Of a stretch of 64,000 nucleotides of DNA, positions 28,812-39,127 are shown piece after piece. The stretch lies in the sequence record MN871447.1; one strand, written 5' to 3'. A program made the translations under genes and the position numbers. The notes under the pieces are model-generated. The model was given only the letters and a program-made list of their open reading frames with translations, was not told the origin of the DNA and ran no database searches. Each line of letters begins with the position of its first letter. Positions within the stretch are counted from its first letter, which is position 1.

Positions 28812-30184
28812 TACGATAACCCTCTTAAAGCGGCAGGGATCAACGCGTAAAGGATCGGCAAGTAATAGAACTGGTTCAAGTCGTCCCAATTGCGTGCGTC
28901 GTTAAACAACGCCATAACGTCCTGTGCCGATACTTGTCCTTTTTCGATGGCCTGCCAAACTAACGTTTCGAGAACGGAAAGTTCCCCTGTCCGACGTCCG
29001 TAGAAGTCTTCACTAAAAATGTAGTAATCGTCAATCGTAACGTCTTTGATCCCTTTGTTCCATCCCTGGGAATACGGAATGAGCACCCCTTCCGGGAAAT
29101 ACTGCTCAAGGGTATAACGTACTTTTGGTCGGGTACGGTAGCCTTGTTTCAACGAAACTGCTTTCGGTTTCACCTCCCAACTGTTCCGATACCGGTCAGA
29201 CCGATTAGGGAAACAGACATACGGGATACCCATGTACTGTGGGCCACGGAAGAACGGATCATTCAAAAAGAAGTTTGAAGCGACGGCAGGGATCTTCGTC
29301 TCGACGATATCCATCATGATATCTTCTTGATCTAATAGCGCATCGAATACGGTTTTGATCTCTCTGATAGTACCGTCCATCACGTTAAGGAAAGCCATCC
29401 CATGAAACGAGCCGATATTTTCATGGGACCAGAGCGCCGCTACAAAGGTGGTCAGGAAAGGATCGTAAATGATATTCCGTCCTTGACCCGGTAAGGTCAG
29501 CGTGGCGTATTCCTTATCGTAGAACTTACTGAGATGGAACATCGGGATCTTTTCTCGCCATTCCATCAGGTTTTGGTAGTCGCCATGCGCAGAATCTGAA
29601 ATAACGGGGTTAATCCCGGAATCCAGGAAGCCGGGAATAAAGAAGTATTCTTCTACCGTTTTGTCAGCGAGTTTCTTTGCGTAATCAGCGTTAAGGAAAT
29701 CCCGCATGACGTATTCGATGCGGTACGTGGACTGCATGTAGATAGAGCGTTGCTCCGGTGGCGCTGACACCTGGAAAATCCCTACACGCCCGTCCAACAG
29801 GGTTGCCGTGAAAAGGTCTCCCACGTTTGGCCGTACGCCCGGGTACATGTTCGCTCCACCACGAACAGTGAATTCCTGGATTTCTGGTCGGAATTCTGGA
29901 CTGACTTGAATAGGTTCTGTTACTTTCAGTTCAAGGTTATTGATCTTCTTGTACTGTTGGTTGATTTCAAGACGAGAAACCTGTAAGCCCGCTGGCGCGT
30001 TATCGCCGTTCAGAATTTGACTGTACCACGTCACCGGCCAACGTTTCCCTTCTATCGTCGTCAGGATTGTTCCTACGGGCGTATAGGCGGTATCGATGGC
30101 AATATCCCGATACGGGGTTTTGTTCGCTTTAAACTGGGGAAGGGGCTGTGACGGTGCATCGTCTTCTTCGTTAAACAAGGACAT
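28811..30184 (-). CDS. Virion structural protein (neck/head-completion-like)
   Basis: 457 aa; IEGKRWPV.WYSQ, G.ANMYPG.RPNVGDLF.A...DGR.GIF.V motif. Confidence 0.55.
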   Translation of the reverse strand: MSLFNEEDDAPSQPLPQFKANKTPYRDIAIDTAYTPVGTILTTIEGKRWPVTWYSQILNGDNAPAGLQVSRLEINQQYKKINNLELKVTEPIQVSPEFRPEIQEFTVRGGANMYPGVRPNVGDLFTATLLDGRVGIFQVSAPPEQRSIYMQSTYRIEYVMRDFLNADYAKKLADKTVEEYFFIPGFLDSGINPVISDSAHGDYQNLMEWREKIPMFHLSKFYDKEYATLTLPGQGRNIIYDPFLTTFVAALWSHENIGSFHGMAFLNVMDGTIREIKTVFDALLDQEDIMMDIVETKIPAVASNFFLNDPFFRGPQYMGIPYVCFPNRSDRYRNSWEVKPKAVSLKQGYRTRPKVRYTLEQYFPEGVLIPYSQGWNKGIKDVTIDDYYIFSEDFYGRRTGELSVLETLVWQAIEKGQVSAQDVMALFNDARNWDDLNQFYYLPILYALIPAALRGLS

Positions 30185-30195
30185 TTACCGTGCTC

Positions 30196-31737
30196 CTATT
30201 GAACTGTGAATAAAGTGTTGAGTTGAGTCGGGAGAAGAATGTACCGGTATTTTGGCGAGTAGAATCTTCTGGCGGTGACGGCCAAATTACGGGCGGCGTC
30301 AACGTAGTCCAGTTTCGATACCAATCTCCCCGGTTTTGCCGTCGGGTAGCTATATTTCTTACCGTACTCTGGGTCAAGGCCATCAATGGCCATTTTAAGG
30401 TACTCAGGACGTTTTCTAAGAAGATCTACAGCAAAAGGCTGTAATGACATCAACTGTGTAAATAAACCGATTCTGACGTGATACAGGGACCTTAAATCAA
30501 GGTCTGTGTCTACCCAGATAGTCAGGTCTTCATCAATCGTTATTGAACGAGGATCTAAAGGGCGGTCGTTTTGATAGACAGCGACATGGACCCAACTACC
30601 CGTACGTTTGGTTAAATACGCACGAGTTTCCTTCATGTATTCGACCAGTAGCGGATCAAAAGACATCTTAGGGAGATCTGTGAGTGACAAAACCTTCTTC
30701 CGATTCGTGGTATCGACTTGAATCAGGAACTGGGTCAGGTTCGCGGTATCGGCAGCCACCTGTGTCGGCATCCAGTCGTCAAACGAAGGGACAATGTTCC
30801 CTCTGTTTAAATTCTTGTAGAAATACTGCTCCTGGAACAATTTGCGGTAACGCGTCGAACTGATTGACCCGCGACCCGTTAGAGGATCTGCGTCATACCA
30901 CGAAGTTTGAGTCCGATGGGTTCTCGGAACAATTTGATTGTGGATAACTAACGGGTGTTTCATCATAAAGCCGATAGGGCGGTCAAAACCAAATCGATAA
31001 CTGAACTCGATTTCGTACGCGGTACCGTCATCGACCTTATCTTCAATGGGTGGGGTATCAAACTCAAAGTTCCCTAAGATATCGAGCTGGGTCTCACGGA
31101 AAACGAACTGAGGTTTTTCAGCCCCTTGCGTAACCAGTACGGTGTTGTCAGCCAGTAGTCCTTGTTTGAACCACTCGCTAAAGCTGTCGCCGTAACCTTC
31201 GACTCTTTCTCGCATTTTGTAAAAGAGATCGAAGAAGTCAAACAGTGTGTACGGTAATACGTAATTAAAATCGGCGTAGAACGATTGATCGATAAAATGG
31301 TTACGCATTAACTTACGCATTCTACTTTGCCAATTCTTGGCTTCGTTTTTATCTTTAGTTCGGTAAGTAAACGTCAGGCGTGCTTTAACCGGTTCACGGA
31401 AGGTGGTCAGGTACGTGTTGATTTTGGGATCCGCCCAAACAATGTTGTTGTCCGGGTAATAGTACGCACTGGTTAGAATGTTATCTGGTTCTGGTTCTTC
31501 GCTGTAGGCGACCTTTACCTTCCCGTAGAACCCAAACTTTGCAGTATCGGTAGGATCCCATTCTTGTTGGTTGAGCGTGGTTCGCCAAGTGGGGATTCCT
31601 CGCTCATCGCCCGCGTATTCGATAAAGGTGTCTTCGGGCATACCGGTTACACCGATGATCGAGCGAGTGACCGCCATCACGATTGGGCGGGTAATCATGA
31701 CGTCAACGTCAGGTAACTCATATGTGAAACGTGGCAT
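30196..31737 (-). CDS. Virion structural protein (tail completion-like)
   Basis: 513-aa ORF in structural operon, GAGGGAAG SD. Confidence 0.55.
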   Translation of the reverse strand: MPRFTYELPDVDVMITRPIVMAVTRSIIGVTGMPEDTFIEYAGDERGIPTWRTTLNQQEWDPTDTAKFGFYGKVKVAYSEEPEPDNILTSAYYYPDNNIVWADPKINTYLTTFREPVKARLTFTYRTKDKNEAKNWQSRMRKLMRNHFIDQSFYADFNYVLPYTLFDFFDLFYKMRERVEGYGDSFSEWFKQGLLADNTVLVTQGAEKPQFVFRETQLDILGNFEFDTPPIEDKVDDGTAYEIEFSYRFGFDRPIGFMMKHPLVIHNQIVPRTHRTQTSWYDADPLTGRGSISSTRYRKLFQEQYFYKNLNRGNIVPSFDDWMPTQVAADTANLTQFLIQVDTTNRKKVLSLTDLPKMSFDPLLVEYMKETRAYLTKRTGSWVHVAVYQNDRPLDPRSITIDEDLTIWVDTDLDLRSLYHVRIGLFTQLMSLQPFAVDLLRKRPEYLKMAIDGLDPEYGKKYSYPTAKPGRLVSKLDYVDAARNLAVTARRFYSPKYRYILLPTQLNTLFTVQ

Positions 31738-31805
31738 TATTCTTCCCTCTGGGGCCCGAAAAAGTCATAGGAATGCAAGGCCAGAAGCCTTGCATTCCGG
31801 GTTTC

Positions 31806-32705
31806 TTAGAGGTAGATACGGCCTGGGACTTCTTTTCCTGGGAGATATTCTTCCCGACCAAACTCGGTGCCTTCCAGCGCGTTGTGGTCCTGTACTGCGG
31901 AACGAATCAGGTCCTCGAAACGGGACGCTTGTGCCTCAGAGACTGCCAACAGACGACGTCCGTTATCGGCCGTGGTGAGAATACCGTTCTGATCGAGATA
32001 CCCTTTTAGTGTCTCAGCGAATGCAGTGGTCTGAAGACGATGTGCGATAGGGGAACGCAGCACAACTTCAATGATAGGGTTTCCGATCCGACAAACCAGA
32101 ATCCCTAATTCCTGCATTTTCTCTTCGCGTTGAGCGGCGACAACAGGGCGACCGTTTTTTACTTCCACCGGCACACGAGGTGCGACTTCAGTCTCAGGAA
32201 TGAAGAGAGGTTCTGCTGCCGGTGCTTCTTTTGGTGCCGGAACCACAGCGGTGTCCGCAGGGAAATCGTTACGAACGGAGATCAGGAATTGCTCGAAGAT
32301 CTCAAACATCGCTCGAGAACCTCTGATATAATTCAGGACATGATCGACAGAGTTCTGCGAATTGACTTGACAGGTAAATGAATCGATCCCGCCAACTTTG
32401 AACTGGTACGTATAAAGACCGTTATCTACGCTGGTGTTTCCTTCGAACTGGTCGTTCTTAATTCGAAGAAGACGAGGATCAGCTTTACTGACCAGGTCGA
32501 ACAGTTTCTTGTACAGCGCCGACCCACTCACACCAAACTCAGTGGAGATACCTGACGGAGTAACGTTAAAGATGTTTTCCCCGGCTTTGTCGACGTTGAC
32601 CAAATTACGGATAGTGTAAATCCCCCTTTGGAATTCCTCGATGGTACCTTCGTAGGAAAACGATTGCTCAAAGGGAGCGGCGATAAAGTGAATAACAATA
32701 GACAT
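31806..32705 (-). CDS. Hypothetical protein
   Basis: 299-aa ORF with AAGGA SD; Pro/Ala/Glu linker between two domains. Confidence 0.65.
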   Translation of the reverse strand: MSIVIHFIAAPFEQSFSYEGTIEEFQRGIYTIRNLVNVDKAGENIFNVTPSGISTEFGVSGSALYKKLFDLVSKADPRLLRIKNDQFEGNTSVDNGLYTYQFKVGGIDSFTCQVNSQNSVDHVLNYIRGSRAMFEIFEQFLISVRNDFPADTAVVPAPKEAPAAEPLFIPETEVAPRVPVEVKNGRPVVAAQREEKMQELGILVCRIGNPIIEVVLRSPIAHRLQTTAFAETLKGYLDQNGILTTADNGRRLLAVSEAQASRFEDLIRSAVQDHNALEGTEFGREEYLPGKEVPGRIYL

Positions 32706-32760
32706 AGTGTTTCCTTATTGAACGACGTGTCAAATTAAACTGATAAAAAGTCAAAAATAA

Positions 32761-32784
32761 CAGAAGGACCGTTAGGTCCTTCTG
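32761..32784 (-). terminator. Intrinsic terminator hairpin
   Basis: cagaaggacc-gtta-ggtccttctg; minus strand followed by ttatttttg. Confidence 0.8.
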
Positions 32785-32785
32785 C

Positions 32786-34018
32786 TTATGCTTTTAATAG
32801 TGACTCTTTTGCAAGCTGTTGCAAGGTGCGGGAAACATCGAGCAGTAAACTCGACAGTTCTACAGCCGGCGTTTTGACCCAGCGACTATAAGCGATCGGA
32901 TAATCGATCAGGGTACTTAGCCGAATGTTCCTCGGTTCCTGAAGACCGTCTAGTTTCCGGTACGCGTCTTTCGTGAATTGTTTCACGCGACGCTCTAACC
33001 CAGTGAAGTGTTGATCCTCGATAAAACCGAGTACCGATAACCCAACCGACTTCACGTCGTCCATCAAATCGATTACCTCTTGCGGCTGGAAAGGCGTAAA
33101 GGCGATCTTTTCTTTATCGATATAATCGGGGTCGGAGATCATGGTCACTTTTTGTCGTTGGAGTTCTTTTGCGAGTTCCAGCGTAGAGGCGGCCACAACA
33201 TCCGTTCGGTCTACGGCTAACGAAACACCCCCTAAGAGCGAGAGTGGCGTCTGGAGTTCACGTGGGAGTTTCTTCCAGAGTTCCTTAGCGAGTTCGTTCT
33301 GGTGCTCAATTGCGTTCAGTACGTTCTCGTGGCCTTCATTGGTGATTTTTTCAACAGACTTTTCACCTTGGTCAGCAACGTCCTTACACCACCCTTTGAG
33401 AATATCCAATACGGTTTTTTGGAGGGTACTATACTGCTTACGGACAGCACCGAAATCCTTAACCGTATTATTGCCAACAGAAAGGTGACGGATTGTTTTA
33501 CCGGAAACAATCGACAATTTCTTATTAGAGTAAGGTCGACCGATCTTCTCTTCCGCCATATTACGAATGGCGGTGGAGAGGTTAATCATACCGCGAATAC
33601 GAATACGGTGGTGTTCCCAATAGTCTGTGAGTTTCCCCCAGAGCGTATCGAGTAAAGCAGCAGCGGCTTTCAAGAGCTCCGAAAGCAATGAATTTAGTGA
33701 CTCTAATGCAGGGTGACCCGATAACGCCGATTCTGAAGAAGGCATCACGGCGGCGTACTGTGCACCGGTGCCTTCAGCAAGGGATTCAGTGAATGCGAGG
33801 ATAATATCCATTTCTTCTTGGGTAATTTCCTCAGGGGCGATTTGTAATCGCCCCTTCTGTTCTTCCTGGGTCAAATAACGTTGACCCAGTTCTTCGCGTT
33901 CACGGATTTCGCTTATTTCAGAATCAATCTCATCAAGATCACGGCGAGCTTCAACACTGCCTTCGGCAGCGGTGATCTCCTCCTCAAGAGAAGGAGCGCT
34001 AAATTGATCTTGCATCAT
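32786..34018 (-). CDS. Internal head (cargo/ejection) protein, paralog family
   Basis: 410 aa; acidic N-terminus with SLEE, SVEA, FTES and ALES sites; helical body. Confidence 0.7.
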   Translation of the reverse strand: MMQDQFSAPSLEEEITAAEGSVEARRDLDEIDSEISEIREREELGQRYLTQEEQKGRLQIAPEEITQEEMDIILAFTESLAEGTGAQYAAVMPSSESALSGHPALESLNSLLSELLKAAAALLDTLWGKLTDYWEHHRIRIRGMINLSTAIRNMAEEKIGRPYSNKKLSIVSGKTIRHLSVGNNTVKDFGAVRKQYSTLQKTVLDILKGWCKDVADQGEKSVEKITNEGHENVLNAIEHQNELAKELWKKLPRELQTPLSLLGGVSLAVDRTDVVAASTLELAKELQRQKVTMISDPDYIDKEKIAFTPFQPQEVIDLMDDVKSVGLSVLGFIEDQHFTGLERRVKQFTKDAYRKLDGLQEPRNIRLSTLIDYPIAYSRWVKTPAVELSSLLLDVSRTLQQLAKESLLKA

Positions 34019-34027
34019 ACCTCCCGA

Positions 34028-35287
34028 TTACGCTGGCGCGTTCAGACGCATCGAAGATGGGACCGCCTCTGGGGCAGTAGACTCAACAGAGGCAGAAATA
34101 TACCGGAGCGAAGCCCTTACTGTTTTAACAACGTAACGGTAGGTTTTAAAACGGTCGCCTTCGATCAGTTTCACCGAAGAACGCATTAAAGAACCCAGTC
34201 GAGAGATATTAATACTGGTTTGACTTTTCTTGTCTTCCAGAGTCTGAATAATAGCTTTAAACTGTTTTTCTACTTTATCGTAGCTACCTGAACTTTCGCG
34301 GCTGTTTTTTACGATATTGAGTAAATTTACCCCTTCGTCAATAATAATTTTTGCTTTGGCGGCGTTCAACGGTGCGCCGGAGAAAGTAATTCCACTTTGA
34401 TATACTTTCACAAGGTTAGGTGAGAGCCCATCGAGCATTTTTATTAATGTATCAACAGCATTAACGAAAGAGTCGTCCATGCCCATAAAACCTTGACCGT
34501 TGATCTTTTTAACTAAAATAGAAGTCACTGCATAACCACCCGGTAATGGGAGGGATGCGACGTCTTGTACTTTTTCAAAGTTTCTACCGCCGAAGATAGC
34601 TTCGTTATGTGCGCGATTAGGGCCCGAAAATGTTTTTGATTCATTAGGTTGAGTCAGCACTCTCGAAATAGGTTCAGCGACTTTGGCGTAGCTCTGAATG
34701 ACTGCGGCGGCTTCTTTCGATTCCTGGCCCGTGAAATGATCCTCTGCGTTAATCCATTTTTCAGCGACCGCCATCGCGTTCTCGGCCAAGTCGGACAAAC
34801 CATCGCGAACGTTAACCATCATTTCAAGTACGCCGCGAAGATTTACAAACTTATTCGGGAAGTTTTCATCTAAAGAGCCCTGCACAGCTAACGCCCCTGT
34901 CACTGTTGGCAATAACGTAATCTTTTCTGTTTTAAAGTTACGATGCTCTGACAGCAGACCTTTTGCGGCTTCAATTTCTTTTTCCGCCTGCTCTACGCCA
35001 ATCAGATACGTTCTGGCCCACTCTTTGAAATCACGGAAACGTTCCATGACCCATTCGATGAGGTTTTTGAGTGTTTCTTTGATTCTACTCGAAATTTTAC
35101 CAAGCGTGCTATTTTTATCCCCGTCGATTGTCACGGATTCACGGTCGGCTTCGACGGAAACCTCTGAGCGCTCACCCATGAAAATACCCAGAATTTTTTG
35201 GGCATCGGTAGGAATAACCTGACAGGATTCCAAAGAAGCCTTTACTTCGCTGTAAACCGCTAAGTCTTTTAAAAGTTGTTCGCTCAT
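34028..35287 (-). CDS. Internal head protein, paralog family
   Basis: 419 aa; ASLES, VSVEA; LKNLIEWVMERF amphipathic helix after the sites, shared with neighbours. Confidence 0.7.
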   Translation of the reverse strand: MSEQLLKDLAVYSEVKASLESCQVIPTDAQKILGIFMGERSEVSVEADRESVTIDGDKNSTLGKISSRIKETLKNLIEWVMERFRDFKEWARTYLIGVEQAEKEIEAAKGLLSEHRNFKTEKITLLPTVTGALAVQGSLDENFPNKFVNLRGVLEMMVNVRDGLSDLAENAMAVAEKWINAEDHFTGQESKEAAAVIQSYAKVAEPISRVLTQPNESKTFSGPNRAHNEAIFGGRNFEKVQDVASLPLPGGYAVTSILVKKINGQGFMGMDDSFVNAVDTLIKMLDGLSPNLVKVYQSGITFSGAPLNAAKAKIIIDEGVNLLNIVKNSRESSGSYDKVEKQFKAIIQTLEDKKSQTSINISRLGSLMRSSVKLIEGDRFKTYRYVVKTVRASLRYISASVESTAPEAVPSSMRLNAPA

Positions 35288-35304
35288 TTTTTCTACCTTA
35301 AGAA

Positions 35305-36744
35305 TTAATTTGGTTTCTGGCTATTTTCGTTTTCGTCTTGCTTCTCGCCTTCAAGGGAAGCTTTAGCGTATTTCAACGCAGCACGCGAAGTGGAGCCGAA
35401 GAAACTCACTAAGCTACTGGTCACTGAGGATGGCATACTTGCAACGGTAGAAACAATGGAACGTAACGCTGAGGAAATGCTGCCGCCGCCTTCGCTGGTT
35501 TCGTTAATGTTCATGTTAGCGATGTTCTGGCCAGCCTGATCAACAGCGCGATCGACTTGGGACTTCTTACTTCCCGAGTTCTTCAGTTTTAACATCGCGT
35601 TCGCTACCGCCAAGGCACCGTCTGCGATCTTCGCGGCGTCTGTCGGGGAACAGCGTGAGACTTCTTTGTCCTCAACCTGGTGGTTACGTGAATTCCAGAG
35701 TTTATTCTCTGCCGACAGATCGACTACGATAACCTTGGAGAACTTATACGCCTTTTCCAGCGCTCTGATTCCTTCGATCGGATTTTCTGTCGGGTTAACG
35801 GTGACCACAACTGCCGCTAATCGCGCATTACCTAAGAAAGGTTCGGACGCTTCAACGACGGCATTAACAGAATCGTCGCCTTTGAGTAACACTTCATTAG
35901 CGTCGCCCGGTAAACGAATGGTGAGTTCACCCGCAATCGCTTCGGACGGATGTTTTACGCTTTCGGCGAGCGTTTTAAACAGTTGATTGAACGAAGCTTC
36001 GCCGCCCGGCTGGTAGCTACCAATTGCGCTTGCTACCGCCTGTGCGTTGCTGTAGGTATCCTCGATGACATTGTTCAATACCATATCGGAGATACGACCC
36101 AGACGCATCATTTCATTCGGTACATTAGGCCAGTTGCCTTCAATGAGTAGTTTGCCTTTCTCCGAGAATTCAATGTCACCCGAGCCGGGCCTGGCGTGGG
36201 TGACTTCTTCTTTGAGTTGTTCAGCTAAACTCTTGAGCTGTTCAGCGCCGTTAAATGCGTTTTCAAGCCAGTGACCGAACCGACTGCGGGCTTCTTTCAA
36301 AAAGGCGGAGAATTTCTGCCACCATTCACGAAGGACTTCTTTAATCCCTTCTAGCGCAACTTTTGATTCGTACAGCGAGATATGCGACGCAGACTCATTG
36401 GCAACAAAGGCACGGGCAGTTTGAATACCAATGCTGTTCGAGAAAATATTCAGAATCACAGCGGCTTCGGTAGAGAGAGATTGTCCTGCATTGATCTCTG
36501 GCGCGATGGCGTCATAAACCGCCTGATATTTATTCGTGGTCTCAGTCAAAGACGTCAAACCCATGATGTCGGCATCTACCGGATCAAGGGCGTTATCAAT
36601 TTCGTCAGGTAGTTCGCTTTCATTGGAGTCGAAGCCAATAGGACGTTCGTCGAACGATTCGACGGATTGTTTTTCTGGTTCTACAACGGCGGACTCAATC
36701 GAGACCTGTGGACGTCGCGCGAGGACGTTTTTAATCTTGGTCAT
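35305..36744 (-). CDS. Internal head protein, paralog family
   Basis: Better start MTKIKN at 36744 (AAAGGA SD); VSIES, SVES, LSTEA, VALEG followed by IKEVLREWWQKF. Confidence 0.72.
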   Translation of the reverse strand: MTKIKNVLARRPQVSIESAVVEPEKQSVESFDERPIGFDSNESELPDEIDNALDPVDADIMGLTSLTETTNKYQAVYDAIAPEINAGQSLSTEAAVILNIFSNSIGIQTARAFVANESASHISLYESKVALEGIKEVLREWWQKFSAFLKEARSRFGHWLENAFNGAEQLKSLAEQLKEEVTHARPGSGDIEFSEKGKLLIEGNWPNVPNEMMRLGRISDMVLNNVIEDTYSNAQAVASAIGSYQPGGEASFNQLFKTLAESVKHPSEAIAGELTIRLPGDANEVLLKGDDSVNAVVEASEPFLGNARLAAVVVTVNPTENPIEGIRALEKAYKFSKVIVVDLSAENKLWNSRNHQVEDKEVSRCSPTDAAKIADGALAVANAMLKLKNSGSKKSQVDRAVDQAGQNIANMNINETSEGGGSISSALRSIVSTVASMPSSVTSSLVSFFGSTSRAALKYAKASLEGEKQDENENSQKPN

Positions 36745-36793
36745 TTTAAGTATTCCTTTCCCAGGAGAAGGCGTGTTAGGAAGAAAAGTCATA

Positions 36794-36826
36794 CAAACCT
36801 ACCGTCCACCAGGGACGGTAGGTTTG
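36794..36826 (-). terminator. Hairpin without U-tract abutting TATG
   Basis: caaacctaccgtcc-accag-ggacggtaggtttg 14-bp stem; minus strand continues directly into TATG (36790-36793). Confidence 0.7.
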
Positions 36827-36843
36827 GAAGTATGCATGTTTAA

Positions 36844-39102
36844 TTACGCAGCGGTTTTCGCTGAGGCTACAGCATAATTCAGTGCTGCATTCACAGTACG
36901 AATAGACAGAGAGACCGTACTAGAACTGAACGCGTTCAAGAAACTCACGGTGTTTTGGAAATATGCGCGCAGCGCAGTGATTTCCTGTTTAACGTTTTCA
37001 CCGGTGCCTTCAACGTTGTTCGACAGTTTCAGTAAACGATCGAGGTCGGGGAGCAGCGCACTCTCAGTTTTGCTGATATCGTCTGCCAGAGAAGAGTTTT
37101 TGATTTTCTTCAGAATCTCAATAGCGCTCTCGGCAACGGCGTTGATATCAGCCGCAGAAAGCGCTGGCGCTTCTTTGACTTCACTACTTTCAGTGGCGAC
37201 ACGGAAAGCAGGTTCTTTCGCCCACTCGTGACCGGTGACGATGACAGTAAACACGTTACCGCCTAACAGATTAGCGCTGTATTTAAACCCTTCGCCATCG
37301 ACATCAAACGGTCCGCGTTTAAGTACGTTGCTGTATTTCTCGTAAAGAGAGCTCAGGACTTCGCGTGTACCGCCATTACCACTGTAGTCTTCACCGTTCA
37401 TGACTTTATCAAGAACGTTCTGACGAACTGCTTTGTGGATTTCGTTCGATGCGTCAATAACAAACCCTACGGTATCGATCATCCCGGTTGATTTGTTTTT
37501 GAACTCATTGAACGCTTTAGCGAAGTTACCGTCGACTTTCCCGCCGGTAGTTAACTGAGAAAGGAACTCGCCTGAAACAGACCCGTTCGGTGTTTTACCC
37601 TGGTCGAGACCTTTCAGCGCTTCTGCCTTACGAATCAGGATGTCAGTCCGGCTAAAGGCGGAACGGATGAATTCTTTCCCTTTGGCCATTTTGTCTTTGA
37701 TGAACGCGATAATACGTTCGAACCACACTTTCATGTCTTCTTGAATCGACTCAACCGCTAAGCGAGTCTGGGTACGAGAAGTGAAGTTGTAGTTCTCCAG
37801 GGAGACATCAGACTGCAGCGGGTTACCGTCGCGTTTCATGAAGATGTTCAGAATCATCATGGCTTCAACAGAAACACCCTTACCGTCGAGGGATTTTTCC
37901 AGGACGTCAACCACCTGAGGATAGGTGTCCAGCGCTTCGGTCAGGATACTTTCTTCATCTTCGGTGCCGGTGGTGAAATCTTCAATCACCAGGTCGCCGT
38001 CGTCAGATTCCGGTGACAGATCAACGGGTTCTTCCGCAACCGCTTCGACAACACCTTCTGCTGGCGCTTCTGCTGCCGGTGCCTCTGCTTCCGGGGTCTC
38101 AGTGACGACTTCTTCAACTACCGGGACTTCGCCTTCCACAACAGCGGCAACTTCTTCTGGGGTGTTTTCAGACGGCGCGTCAACAACCTGCTCTTCCACA
38201 ACCTCAGCACTTTCAGCGGAAACAATTTCGCCATCGTGCGTGTTTTCGCCTTTACCTTCGTCCACCACTTCACTTTCGCACGGCAGAGTTTCTTCACCCT
38301 TACCTTCTGCGGCAGGTTTTTCCTGGTCGACTTCGATATCGGATTCGCCGGTGCCTTCGTCTACCGGTTTTTCCTGGACGGGTTTAACTTCTTCGCCTTT
38401 ACCTTCGTCGACTGCAACCTGTTCAGACGGGAGATGCTGTTCACCCGGACCGGTACCGCCTTCATTCGGCGGATTAGTGCCGTCAGATTCACACGCGCAA
38501 TCTTCAGAGGAAACTTCTTCCACAACTTCTTCGGTATCGCCAACCACTTCGTCACTTGAAGGGACTTCGCCTTCTGGAGTGACGTCAGCAACGTCAACTG
38601 GAGCTTCTTCGGTTTCGGTCAGTTCTTCGGTGGCTTCTGGGGTGACATCGACTTCGTCGGTTTCCGCCGGTGCTTCCGCTTCGACTTCTTCTGCTTCCTC
38701 GATCACTTCTTCAGCAGTGGTGTCACCACCTTCTGCGTTGTCGACTTCTGCAACAACTTCAGCAGCTGCTTCTGGGTCGCCTGCGGCGATGGCTTCAACC
38801 TGATCAACTGTGGCTTCGCCTGAGTCAGTTACCGGAACCACCTGCGGGGGTTCGATCGGCTCAATACCGTCTACCGGGACATCAGTCGCTACTGGCTCTT
38901 CTACGGTGGTTTCTTCCACAACTTCTTCGGCAGGGTCTTCGCTAACAACCGTTTCATCAACGGTGACGTCATCGGATACCGGAATATCTTCAGACGGCTG
39001 GGCATCGATAACTGCTTGATCGACGACTTCTTCCGTGTTCTCATTCTCAAGCGCTGGGCTTGCTTTACGTGAAAGAACACGTTGAGTGTAAGATAATTTC
39101 AT
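36844..39102 (-). CDS. Internal head protein with very long acidic propeptide
   Basis: 752 aa; about 450 N-terminal residues rich in E/V/A/P/D; PALEN, VSVEA, VSLEN, LAVES then IQEDMKVWFERII as in paralogs. Confidence 0.75.
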   Translation of the reverse strand: MKLSYTQRVLSRKASPALENENTEEVVDQAVIDAQPSEDIPVSDDVTVDETVVSEDPAEEVVEETTVEEPVATDVPVDGIEPIEPPQVVPVTDSGEATVDQVEAIAAGDPEAAAEVVAEVDNAEGGDTTAEEVIEEAEEVEAEAPAETDEVDVTPEATEELTETEEAPVDVADVTPEGEVPSSDEVVGDTEEVVEEVSSEDCACESDGTNPPNEGGTGPGEQHLPSEQVAVDEGKGEEVKPVQEKPVDEGTGESDIEVDQEKPAAEGKGEETLPCESEVVDEGKGENTHDGEIVSAESAEVVEEQVVDAPSENTPEEVAAVVEGEVPVVEEVVTETPEAEAPAAEAPAEGVVEAVAEEPVDLSPESDDGDLVIEDFTTGTEDEESILTEALDTYPQVVDVLEKSLDGKGVSVEAMMILNIFMKRDGNPLQSDVSLENYNFTSRTQTRLAVESIQEDMKVWFERIIAFIKDKMAKGKEFIRSAFSRTDILIRKAEALKGLDQGKTPNGSVSGEFLSQLTTGGKVDGNFAKAFNEFKNKSTGMIDTVGFVIDASNEIHKAVRQNVLDKVMNGEDYSGNGGTREVLSSLYEKYSNVLKRGPFDVDGEGFKYSANLLGGNVFTVIVTGHEWAKEPAFRVATESSEVKEAPALSAADINAVAESAIEILKKIKNSSLADDISKTESALLPDLDRLLKLSNNVEGTGENVKQEITALRAYFQNTVSFLNAFSSSTVSLSIRTVNAALNYAVASAKTAA
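38235..38425 (-). repeat. Four degenerate 16-17-aa repeats with DEG[KT]GE core
   Basis: VAVDEGKGEE, KPVDEGTGES, KPAAEGKGEE, VVDEGKGEN; DNA copies gacgaaggtaaaggcgaa. Confidence 0.8.
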
Positions 39103-39127
39103 TTACAAATTCTCCTGGAGAGGGGGT

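Noticed and set aside
36790-36792. Track start MTFLPN for the 495-aa head protein
   Set aside because: That ATG is part of the TATG promoter core; the SD-supported start is 36744
37925-38803. 292-aa Ser/Thr-rich plus-strand ORF
   Set aside because: Antisense shadow of the GAA/GTT-rich acidic propeptide
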